Source of the DNA: Rebecca billardiae RCC1528
Lineage: Eukaryota; Protista; Haptophyta
Assembly (NCBI GenBank): GCA_965240325.2
Contig: OZ251244.1
Coordinates: forward strand, 992,001 to 1,056,000
Direction: 5' to 3'
DNA length: 64,000 nt
Shown here piece by piece: positions 54,012 through 64,000 of this stretch. The translations under genes were made by a program, and so were the position numbers. Positions within the stretch are counted from its first letter, which is position 1; each line of letters starts with the position of its first letter. Under the pieces are notes generated by a model. The model did not search any database. It worked only from the letters and a program-made list of their open reading frames with translations, and was not told the origin of the DNA.

Positions 54012-54906
54012 CGGCGGTGCGCGCGAGCGCGCCCGCCGGCCGCTCAGCCTGATCTACGACGCGAGCGTGAAGCAGGCCGGCTACTCTGGCGCCGCGCCGG
54101 CCGATGCCACCCATCCGGACGCGGGCCTGGGCTTTGGCGCGGGCAAGCAGTACGTGAGGCCACTGCTCGAGCGCGCGCTGCGCGCGGCGGGCGCGGTGCG
54201 CTGCGCCGGCGCGCAGAACGGCACGGCGGTTGGCGCGCCGTCGGCGACGCGCCTCGCGCTGTGCCGCGCGCGCGCGCCGCGCGCCGCGTGCGCCGCCGTG
54301 TGCCACGCGCCGATGTACGACTCGCTCGCGAGCGCGGTGCTCGCCCTTGAACCGCCCGGCGACACGCTCGGGCGCTCGCACGCGTACGCGGCCGCGGCGG
54401 CGGGGTCGGTGCTCGCGCTGGTCGAGGGCGGGCACCGCGCGTACGACGAGGGCGAGCCGACCTGGTGGGCGTGGCGCGCGCCGCGCGCGCGCGGGGACGC
54501 GGCCGGCGCGGCGCCGAGCGGCGGCGGGGCGCGGGGCGGCGAGCGGGCCGCCGCTCGGCTCAGCGCGGGCGGCACGCTGCAGCTGCGGTACGAAGCGTTT
54601 TCACTCCTGCTCTCCGCGGCGGAGGTGGCGCGCGCGGCCGCGGCGCAGCGCGCGCCCGAGCCGCCGCCGCCGGTGCCGCCGTGGGCGCGCCGGCTGCTCG
54701 CGCTCAGTGCCGACGGGCCGCGGCTCGCGCGCATGCGCGCCGCGCTGCGCGCCGCCACGCCCTACCTCCTGTACTCGCCCGATGGCTGCGCGGGGCCCGA
54801 GGGGGCCATCTGCGACGCCGCCTCTGCGTTCGAGGCCGTCGTCGCGCGCGCGTGGCGCGCGTGCGCGCGGCTGCGGCGCCCGCCCGCCGTCGCCGCCGCG
54901 CGATGA
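52780..54906 (+). CDS. Exostosin-like glycosyltransferase (GT47), divergent
   Basis: Motifs LVTVPYY, RRPLSLIYDAS, YVRPLL, MYDSLASAVLALEPPGDTLGRSHAYAA...GSVLALV, RMRAALRAATPYLLY, with a signal-like N-terminus. Confidence 0.7.
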
Positions 54907-55467
54907 CGCCGGCACTGCGCGCTGTGATGAGCCCGCCATCGGTCGCAGCGCAGCAGCTTTCGCTGCTGGTTTCGTGCGTGGCTCGGATATGATGAGTACA
55001 CAGCAGCGCAGCCCGCCGCCCGCGCGGGCCGTCACTACATCACTGGGCGGCGACACCGCGACACTCGACAGGGGCGCCGCACGCCCGCCGGCGCGGGACT
55101 CTCACAGAGTGTGAGAGACAGACTGACGAGTCACTCGTCCGTGTCCGGATCGATCGACGATGATGATGATCGATATCGACGTACGACTATACTAGCTATA
55201 TACTACTGAAATGCCGCGCCCGGCTGCACTATATAGTGAGTCATATTGAATAAGGCCTGCTGAGACGCGATACGCTCAGCTGAGCATGCCGCCAGTCGGC
55301 GCTTGCTGCCGTCGGCGTGCCCGCGTGACGCAGCGCAGCACGCGGCAGCGACGGCGCCGCCGCCATACACGGCGCCGTCGCGCGACGCGCGGCGCGACGG
55401 CCGCCGCGAAGATCGGCCGCACGGCCGGCGCGCACAGCGCTGCACCGGCGCGCCGCCGTGGCGACGC

Positions 55468-56728
55468 TCAGCTACCGAACGCGGCCCAATCGTCGTCGTC
55501 GCCGCCGTCGGCGGCGGCGGCCTCGTTGGCGAAGGCGAGGTCGGCGCCGCCGACGAACGACGCTCCCCAATCGTCCTCGTCCTCGTCGTCGTCGGTGGCG
55601 GCGGCCGCCGCGCCGGGCCGGCCGGTCGGCGCCGTGCTCGCGGCTGAGGCGGCGGCGGCGGCGGTCGTCGGCGGCGGCGGCGTGCACAGCGGCGCGGCGG
55701 CCGCGGCGGCCGCCGCGCCGCGCGCGCCGCCGGCCGACCCCGCCGCCGCGGCGGGCGCGCGCGCGGGCGGCGGCGGCGAGCTGAAGGCGAAGGCAAAGGC
55801 GTCGTCGCAACCGCCGCCGCCGCCGCCACCGCTCGTGCTCGGCGTCGCGTCGCGCGCGCGCGCCGGCGCGCGCGCGGGCGTGGGCGCCGCCGTCGTCGCG
55901 GGCGTCGGCGCGCCGCAGCTGCCGAGCAGGCCGAGCAGGTCGGCCTCGGGCACTGCGCACGCCGTCGCGGAGGGCGCCGGAGTGTGGACATCAAAAATGT
56001 GAATCAGCTCCGAGCCCAGCAGGTCTGCATGCGGCGGTGGTGGCCGCGCGCCGCGCGCGGAGGCGGAGGGCGGGCCAAACAACGCACCGTCGTCGTCGTC
56101 GTCGTCGCCGTCGTTGTCGGCGCCGCCGCCGCGCTCGAGGTCGCGCCCGCCGCCGCCCCCGCTCCCACCGCCGCCGCCGCCGCCATGCTTCTTGCCCTTC
56201 TCTGGGAGCGTGAACGCGGCGCGGCGGCCGCACGACGCGCGGCCGACCGCGCACAGCACGCAGAGACCACAGAGCATCGCGAGCGCGCACACACCGCCCA
56301 CCACCGCCTCGGCCGGCACGCCCTCGGGCAGCGGCAGCGAGGCGAGCAGCTGCGCGACGCTCGGCTCGTGGCTGAGCGCGATCGTCGCGTTGGCCACCAG
56401 CCCGGCCGTCGCGTGCGCGGCGGCCGACGCCGTCGCGAGCGCCGCCGCCGCCGCGCCGGGCGGCGCGTCGGCGGGCGCGGCGGCGGCGTCGGCGGCCGCG
56501 GCCGCGGCCACGCCGCCGCCGTCGGGCGCGCTCGCGCGCGGCTCGGCCGGCGCCGGCGCCGGCGCGGCGGGCTCGTTCGACTCCGCGTCGAGGTCCGTCT
56601 CCTCGTCGCGCGCCGCCCACGGCGCGCCGCCGCCGCCGCCGGGCGCGCCGTAGCGCTCGCGCGGCGGCTTGGCCGGAGGCTTGGGCCGGCGAGCGGGCTG
56701 CGCGCGCGGCGGCCATTGCTCATCGTCA

Positions 56729-56761
<33 letters not shown>

Positions 56762-59700
56762 AAGTCGTCCAGCCCGCCGGCCGCGCCGCCGGCCGCGGCG
56801 TAGCGCTCGCCGCCAAAGCGGTCGGGCCGAGCCGGCTTGGCGTGTTTGCTCGGCTTGCCAGCGGACCTCGGCCAGCCGCCGCCGCCAGCGCCGCCGCCGG
56901 ATGCGAACGGCTTGGGCCGCCCGGCGCGAGGCGAGAAGCGCCCGTCTGCGTCCGCGTCGTCGAAAGGGTCGCGGCCGACGCCGCTCCGGCCGTCGCCCTG
57001 CGCCGCCTCCTCCTCCTCGTCGCCGCCGCCGCGCGGCGCGCGCGCACCCGAGGCGGCGCCGTACCCGCCGCCGCCGCGCGGCCCGCGCTTCACGCCGCCC
57101 GGCCTGCGCACGCCGCCGCCGCCGCCGCCGCCGAGGCGCGAGCCCGGCGCGCGGCCGAACAGCGAGTCGCCGCCCTCGTCGGCGCCCTCGCGCTCCCACG
57201 GCGCGCGCGCGCCCGCGTCGAAGCGCTGCTTGGGCGCGGCGCGCGCGTACGGCGACGAGCCGCCGCCGTACGCGCCGCCGCCGCCGCCGCCGAACCGGCC
57301 GCCAGCCGCGCCGCCGCCAAAGCCGTCGTCGCCGGCGGCGTCGCGCTCGAAGCCATAGCCTGCCGAGTGCTGGCGCTCGCGCGCGCCGCCGTACGGCGCG
57401 GCCCCGCCGCCGCCGCCGAAGCGCGCGCCGCCGTACGCGCCGCCGCCGCCGCCGGACCCGCCGCCAAACCGCTCGGCCGCCCCGCCGCCGCCGAAGCGCT
57501 CGCCGCCGCCGTACTCGCCGCCGCCGCCGCCGCCGCCGCCAGACGGCGCGGGCGCGGGCGCGGGCGTGCCAGGCACGGGCCAGCTCGGCGCGTCGTCCTC
57601 GCGCGGCGCGGCCGCGCCGACTGGCTCGCGCTCGGGCGGGCGGTAGCGCTCGGCGGGCGGCCCGTCGCCAGCCGGAGCGGCGTCTGGCGCGCGCGCCGCG
57701 CCCGCGCCCGCGCCCGCCGCCGGCTCGGCACGTGCGTACGGCGCAGTGAGCGCGGCGGGCAGCGCGGGCGCGGGGCCGCGCTCGCGCGCCGCGGGCACCA
57801 CCGCGTCATCGGGGCCGACCTCGCCCGGCTGCGGCGACTCGTCGGAGGAGTCGGTGCTCGGCGGGCGCGCGATGACGTCGGTCGGGTCGGGCGGCGGCGC
57901 GTCGTGCGCGCGCTCGAGCGCGCTCGGCGGCGTGCCCTCGGCGCCCGCGTAGGCGGCGGTGGGCGCGTGGCTGCCGCCTCCAGCCTCGGCCGCGCCGCCG
58001 GCCTCGGCCGCGCCGCCGGCCTCGGTCGCGCCGCCGGCCGCCGCCGCCGCGTCGGGCTGCGCTGGCACGGCGGGCGCCGCCGGGCGCACCGCCGCATCCG
58101 GCACCGCCGCATCGGGCTGCGCTGGCGCGGCGGGCGCCACCTCTGCCGGCGCCGCCGCGGCGGACGCCGCCTCGGTCGCGCCCGCCTTCAGAGAGCCAGC
58201 AGCCGCGGGCTCGGCGACGCCGCCGGGCGCGGCGCCATCAGGGCTGGGCCCGTCCGCGGCCGCGGCCGGCTCCGGCGCCATTGGCGCCGAGGGCGCGCGC
58301 GCTGGCTCGGCGGGCGCAGCGCCGGCGCTCGGCGCGAGCGCCGCGGCAGGCGCAGGCGTTGCGTCGCCCGCCGCCGCCTCCGGAGCCACGGCCGGCTCCG
58401 CGGCCATGGGTGCCGCCGCGCGAGCCAGCGGCGGCGCCGACGCAGCGGCAGCCGCCGGCTCGGCGCCGGCGCCCGCCGGCGCGCCCTCCGCCGGGGCGGG
58501 AGCCTCGGCGGCGAAGTGCGGCTCAGACGCCATCGGCACGGTGCCCGGCAGCGGCGTCTCTGTGAGCGCCACCTCGCGGGCGGCGTCCGGCGCGATGACC
58601 GGGGCGGCGCCAGCACCAGCTGCCGCCGGCGCGGCCGCGGCCGTCGGCGCCGCCGCGGCAGGCGCCGCGTCAGCGACGGCTCCGGCAGCCGGCAGCGCCG
58701 GCGGCGCGGCGTGCGCGGCGCCGGCGACCGTCGGCGCGCCCGCGGCCGGCGCCGCTTCCGCCGCAGCCGACGCCGGCCCGACCGCCGGGCCGACGGCCGA
58801 CGACGCGTCTGCTTGCGCCGCCGCCGCCGCTGCGGGCGCGCCCGCGGCGGGCGCGGCGCCGGCCGCTGCGGCGATCGGCGTCGGCGCGGCGGGCGCTACC
58901 GCCGGCTCGGCCGCGGCCGGCGGCGCGTCGGCGGCCGTTGCCGTCGGCGCAGACATCGGCGCCGCGCCCGCCGGCGCCCGCTCCGTCGCGCCGCCCTCCG
59001 AGCCGGCCGCCGGCGCGGCCGCAGCCGCGGCCGCACCGGCCGGCGCCGCCGCCGCCGCCGCCGCAACCGCCGGTGGGGTGCCTGCCGGCGGCGACGGCTC
59101 GGTGGGAGCCGGCGACGACTCGGCGGGAGCCGTCGCCGAGCCAGCTGCCCGCGGACCCGCGCCCGCCGCCGCCGCGGCGGGTGCCGGCTCGGCGCTCTGC
59201 GGCGCCTCCGCCGCCGTCTTGGTCGGCGCAGCAGCGGGCGCAGCCTCCGCGGACGCGGGCGCCGCCGCGCCGGCGGGCGCGGCGTCCGCTGCGGCAGCCG
59301 TCGGCGCAGCGTCCGGCGTCGGCGCCGCCGCCGCTGCGGTCGGCGCGGCGGCGGGCGCGGCCGCGGTGGCCGCCGGCTCGCCCGCCGCCGGGGCCGCTCC
59401 CGCCGCCGCCGCCGCCGTCGGCGCCGCCGCGGCGGCGGGCTCGGCCTCGGCAGCCGCTGGCGCGCCCGCCGCCGGGGTCGGCTCGGCAGCAGGAGCGGTC
59501 TGCGCCGTCGCTGCAGGCGCGGAGGCGGCTGGCACGGCCTCGGCGGGCACGGGCGCGCCCGCAGCCGGGGCTGCGTCGGCCGGCGTGGCGCCCGGTGCCG
59601 CCGCGGCCGCCGCCTCGGCATCCGCAGGCGCGCCGCCCATCGGCGCAGCGGACGCGTCCGCGGGCGGCGCGCGGGCGGCCTCGGCGGCAGCCGGCGCGCC

Positions 59701-61911
59701 ACCGGCCGCCGGCGCGAGCGCGACGGGCTGCGAGCCGGCGGCAGGCGCCGCGGGCTCGGCCGGCGCCGCGGCCGGCGCGGCGTCGGCCGCGCGCGCGGGC
59801 GCGTCCGGCGCCGCCGCGCCGCCGGCGTCGCCGCCGTCCGCCGTCGCGCTCGGCGCGGCCGCCGCGCCGCCCGCCGCCGCCGCCGGCGTCGAGCTGTACT
59901 GCGCGACGACGGCGGCGGGCAGCGCGGGCGCGGGGGCGCGCTCGCGCGCCGCGGGCACCACCGCGTCCTGCGGGCCGACCTCGCCCGGCTGCGGCGACTC
60001 GTCGGACGAGTCGGTGCTCGGCGGGCGCGCGATCACGTCGGTCGGGTCGTGCGCGCGCGCCTCGGGCGCCGCCTCGAGCGCCGCCGTCGGCGCGTGGTGT
60101 GCTTCGCTCGGCGCGGCGGCGGGCGCGGCGGCGGGTGCAGGCGCGGCGTGCGCGCCGGCGGCGGCCCCGCCGGCGTCGGCGGCGGGCGAGGCGTCGGCGG
60201 TGGGCGCGGCCGCCGCCTCAGCCGGCGGCGCAGCGTCGGCCGGGGGCGCAGAGGACGCGCCGGCCGCTGCGGCCGGCGGCTCCGGAGCCGCCGCCATCGT
60301 CACCACCGCCATCGGTGCCACCATCGCCGCCGCCGAGCCCACCTCCGGTGCCGCCGCCATCGCCACCGCCGAGCCCGCCGCCGGGCCCGCCACAGCCGGC
60401 GCCGGCACCGTCGCCACCGCCATCGGTGCCACCATCGCCGCCGCCCTCTCCGCCGCCGGTGCCGCCGCCGTCCCCACCGCCGAGCCCGCCGCCGAGCCCG
60501 CCACCGCCGGCGCCGGCACCGTCGCCACCGCCATCGGTGCCACCATCGCCGCCGCCCTCTCCGCCGCCGGTGCCGCCGCCGTCCCCACCGCCGAGCCCGC
60601 CGCCGAGCCCGCCACCGCCGGCGCCGCCACCGTCACCACCACCATCGGTGCCACCATCGCCGCCGCCGAGCCCACCTCCGGTGCCGCCGCCATCGCCACC
60701 GCCGAGCCCGCCGCCGGGCCCGCCACCGCCGGCGCCGGCACCGTCGGCACCACCATCGGTGCCACCATCGCCGCCGCCCTCTCCGCCGCCGGTGCCGCCG
60801 CCGTCCCCACCGCCGAGCCCGCCGCCGAGCCCGCCACCGCCGGCGTCGCCGCCGTCGCGGAGGCGGCGGCTGCGGCCGAGGCTACCGGCTCCGCGGCGGG
60901 TGCGGGTGCGGCGGGTGCGGCGGGTGCGGCGTCGGGCGGCGCGCGGCTGGCGTCGGGCGGTGCGCCCGGCTCGGTGGACACGCCGGCGCCCGTCGCGCTC
61001 GGCGCGCCCACGCCGCCCGCCGCCGCCGCCGGCGTCGAGCGGTACTGCGCGACGACGGCGGCGGGCAGCGCGGGCGCGGGGCCGCGCTCGCGCGCCGCGG
61101 GCACCACAGCGTCCTGCGGGCCGACCTCGCCCGGCTGCGGCGACTCGTCGGAGGAGTCGGTGCTCGGCGGGCGCGCGACGACGTCGGTCGGGTCGTGCGC
61201 GCGCGCCTCGGGCGCCGCCTCGAGCGCCACCGTCGGCGCGTGGCCGTCGTCGGCGCCACCGGCCGCGCCACCGGCGGCGGCCGCTGGCTGGCCTTGGGCC
61301 GACGCTGCGCCCGGCGCGGGCGCGGGCGCAGCGTCGGGCGCGGCGGAGCCCACCGCGGGCGCAGATGCGTCGGCGGCCGGGGCGGTGGCCGCAGGCGCCG
61401 CGGGCGAGGCGGCCGCGGGAAGCGCCGCCGCGCCCTCCGCGGCGGCTGGCTCGGACGCCGCCGCAGCAGCGGCGGATGGCGCGGCCGGCGCCGCGCCGGC
61501 GCTGGCGGCCGCGCCGTCGGCCGCGGCGCCGCTGGGCGCCTCCGGCGCGTCGGTGGCCGGCGCGACGGCCGCGGGCGCCGCGGGCGAGGCGGCGGCGGGG
61601 AGCGCCGCCGCGCCCTCCGCGGCGGCTGGCTCGGCCGCCGCCGCAGCAGCGGCCGACGGCGCGGCCGGCGCCGCGCCGGCGGTGGCGGCCGCGCCGTCGG
61701 CCGCGACCGGCGCCTCTCGGGCGGCCGGCGGCGTGGAGAGCGCCGCGCTAGTCGCGGGCGGGGTGTCTGCGCCCGCGGCGGCCGCGACGGGTGCGGCCGT
61801 TGCGTGGGCCGGCTCCGCAGCCGCGACGTCGCCCGCGGCGCGCGGCGCGGCACTTGGAATCATTTCCGCGCGCGCGAGCGGGCCGGCGAGCGCGACGGCC
61901 AGAGCGAGCAT
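55468..61911 (-). CDS. Giant Ala/Pro-rich single-pass membrane protein with internal repeats
   Basis: Signal peptide (MLALAVALAGPLARA), then a ~1900-aa low-complexity ectodomain with a thrice-repeated ~50-aa unit. TM segment VVGGVCALAMLCGLCVLCAVG and an acidic tail with DLLG and DDWxxF-like motifs. Confidence 0.75.
60284..60858. repeat. 12-nt-period repeat block with ~120-bp higher-order units
   Basis: Repeated CCACCATCGGTGCCACCATCGCCGCCG-type units. They read AAAMVAPMAVATVPAP in the host ORF and (SPPP)n on the plus strand. Confidence 0.85.
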
Positions 61912-63230
61912 TGCTGCGACGAGGGGCCGCCGCGACGCGCCGGAGCGCCGGTGCCCGGCGCAGCACCGCCGGTGCAGCATGGCGCCTCGCCGCGGGGGTT
62001 CCGCCTCGTTGGCGCAGGCGGGCGGCGCGAGGGCGCGAGTGGCGAGCTGCGTTGGGCAGGAGTTGGGAGTCGTCGGCTTCAGCCGCCGCGCCCGGAAAGG
62101 CCGCGTCCGCCCGTCCGGTATGCGGTATCCGATTCATGCGCGCATCCCGACGCACCCGCGCGAGCTCGTTGGGCGCGCTCCGCCTCGGCCGGGCTCCCAG
62201 ATGACGCCCGTGTACCCTCGCGCCGAGCCGCGTTCAGCCGCATCGGAAGCACTGGCCTCATCCCTCGGGCCTAGCTCCGCCCGGCCACGATCCGACCGAC
62301 GGCGAGACCGCCACCCGACTCGGCGGCGGCGCACTCTCACGATCCCCCGAGCGGCTGCACGCCACGCCGACGGGCGAGACGGTGCCTTCGGTCGCGTGCA
62401 TGGAGGCTCGCGCGAGCCTGGTGAGCATTGCGTTCAATGCCATCGGCAGTCGTGGGCCGAGTGGCCGTTTCAGCCCGCCGGCGGCGCCACCGGGCGCCGG
62501 ACGCGGCACCGTGCGGTCGAGACTCGTTTGCCGACGCCGGCGGACCGTGGAGCCCATCGGGTGCGTGGCTCATCGGCCGTTCGTTGCATTCGGAAGGCGA
62601 TGCCGCCATCGCCGTGGGCGAGCGCGCCGCCTCCAGCGTCGCCCATCGCGTGTACTAGTACCGCCTAGCCTGACGCGTCTGGCGGGTCAACCGTAGCGGG
62701 CCGTATACTCCGTACTGTGAACTACTCTGTGTCAGTCAGTCCGAGGCCTCCAGCGGTGTCGGCTGTCAATCAAGCAGTGAGACTACTTACATCAGCTGCC
62801 GGTGTCAGTGACTCATCAGCAGTCTCAGTGCGCGGTCGTGCGAAGGCGCCGAGAAGTGCGCGCATAGAGCTCGTCATTGATGCTGCGCGCTGTCTGACAC
62901 TTGGCCGGATGACGACAGCCGCCGCCGGGCCCAGGGGCTGAGCAGGGCAGGGCCGCACTGCGGGGCCTCGTGCGTAGCCTCCAGCTGACGCTCCGCAGCT
63001 CAGCCGCCTCGGCCCGACGAGGCGCTGCCCACCCAGCGGGCCGCGCGCCGCAGCGCAACGTTATTGGCGCAGTGTACATGCCGCCGCCGACGCGAGCTAT
63101 CGCCGCCGTGCGGCGGAGGCCAGGGCGTTGCGCGCGCTCGTCGCGAGCGCCGAGGGCGCGTCGCGCGGCACCGGCACCGCGTCGCGGCCGGCCGCGCGCG
63201 TGGCAACCGCCGCCTGGGCGGGCCGCCCGC

Positions 63231-64000
63231 CTACTCGTCGGCGGCGGGGTCGATGTCGTCCACGCCCGCGATGCCCGCCTCCTGCAGCTTGGCGCGCAGC
63301 TCCTGCGCGCCGAGCCGCGGCGGCGGCGGGCGGGCGGGCGGGCGCGGGCGCGGGCGCGCGGCGACAGGCAGCGCGATCGGTCGGTCAGTGTGTGGGGGCC
63401 GGCCGGCCGCGCGCTCGGGCGCGCGCGGCGGGCGCGCGCGCGCGCGCGCACCTTGACCAGCTCGTTCTTCTTGGCGAGCATGGTGCGCACGTTTTTGAAC
63501 TGCGACGACGCCTCGACGCGCGCGCTCAGCTGCGCCTCGGCGCCCGCGAGCTTCGCCTCAAGCTCGGAGACCGAGGCCTGCGCGCGCTCGAGCTCGGCGC
63601 GGAGGGCGGAGCCGGCGGCGGCGGCGCCGCCCGCGCCCTGCTCGCGCAGCGTCGCCGCCTCCTGCCGCGCCGCGCTCAGCTCCTTGGTGCTCGCGAGCAG
63701 CTTCGAGCGCAGCTCGTCCACCATGGGATCGCTGCCGCCGCCGCCGCCCGCGCCACCGCCCGCGCCGCCCGCGCCGCCCGCGCCGCCGCCGCCCGCCGCG
63801 CCCGCCGCCTCCTTCGCCGCGGCGAGCTCCTCGCGGCACGCCTCGAGCTCGCGGCCCAGCGCCGTCTTCTCGCGCAGCACGCCCTGCAGCTGCGCCTGCA
63901 GCTTCATCAGCTTCTCCTGCGCCGACGCCGCCGACTCCTTGGCTGAGTCGAGGTCGCGCGCCGACGTGCCAAGCGTCGGCAGCGCGCGCGCGAGCGGCTT
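63231..64000 (-). CDS. LZTFL1: LZTFL1/BBS17-like coiled-coil protein, 3' part only
   Basis: Coiled coil ending SSQFKNVRTMLAKKNELVK-ELRAKL, resembling the LZTFL1 C-terminal N.k..L.KKN..ik.LR.rL motif. Intron at 63303-63451; stop at 63231. Confidence 0.65.

Noticed and set aside
38497-61911. Prolyl 4-hydroxylase, GT47 and a Pro-rich surface protein as a glycoprotein biosynthetic cluster
   Set aside because: They are separated by unrelated genes and all belong to large families, so co-location is unremarkable without co-expression data.
55984-62668. Very long plus-strand ORFs (2096 aa, 1569 aa, 937 aa) opposite the giant gene
   Set aside because: These are shadow frames expected in extremely GC-rich, stop-poor DNA. 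Only the 60284-60858 block shows independent signal.

Overview
Very GC-rich eukaryotic nuclear DNA with short GC-rich spliceosomal introns (GTGCGC...GCAG). A plastid-targeted zeaxanthin epoxidase, cilium genes and TTAGGG repeats suggest a flagellated alga, probably a haptophyte such as Pavlovales (inference). Positions 1-12512 appear to be the right part of a large Mutator-like (MULE) DNA transposon. Its single stop-free 3240-codon frame carries a Mutator zinc DNA-binding domain, DDE transposase, SWIM finger, PHD-like finger, a C-terminal OTU protease, a 2OG-Fe(II) dioxygenase-like domain and a possible second divergent OTU domain. It faces a convergent orphan ORF, a mudrA/mudrB-like layout. 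The rest is a compact host gene region: LRRC9, amino-acid transporter, DUF962/Mpo1-like, sugar porter, F-box/RCC1, FBXO9, CRAL-TRIO, ShKT-prolyl 4-hydroxylase, GPR155/LYCHOS-like, NT-C2+VASt, ZEP, HslU, GT47, a giant Ala/Pro-rich membrane protein and the 3' end of LZTFL1. It also contains a ~1-kb TA-flanked TIR element, a tandem pair of orphan basic proteins, and an antisense SPPP-coding insert. Domain calls come from motif recognition by eye, not database searches. Most overlapping ORFs in the track are GC-driven shadows.
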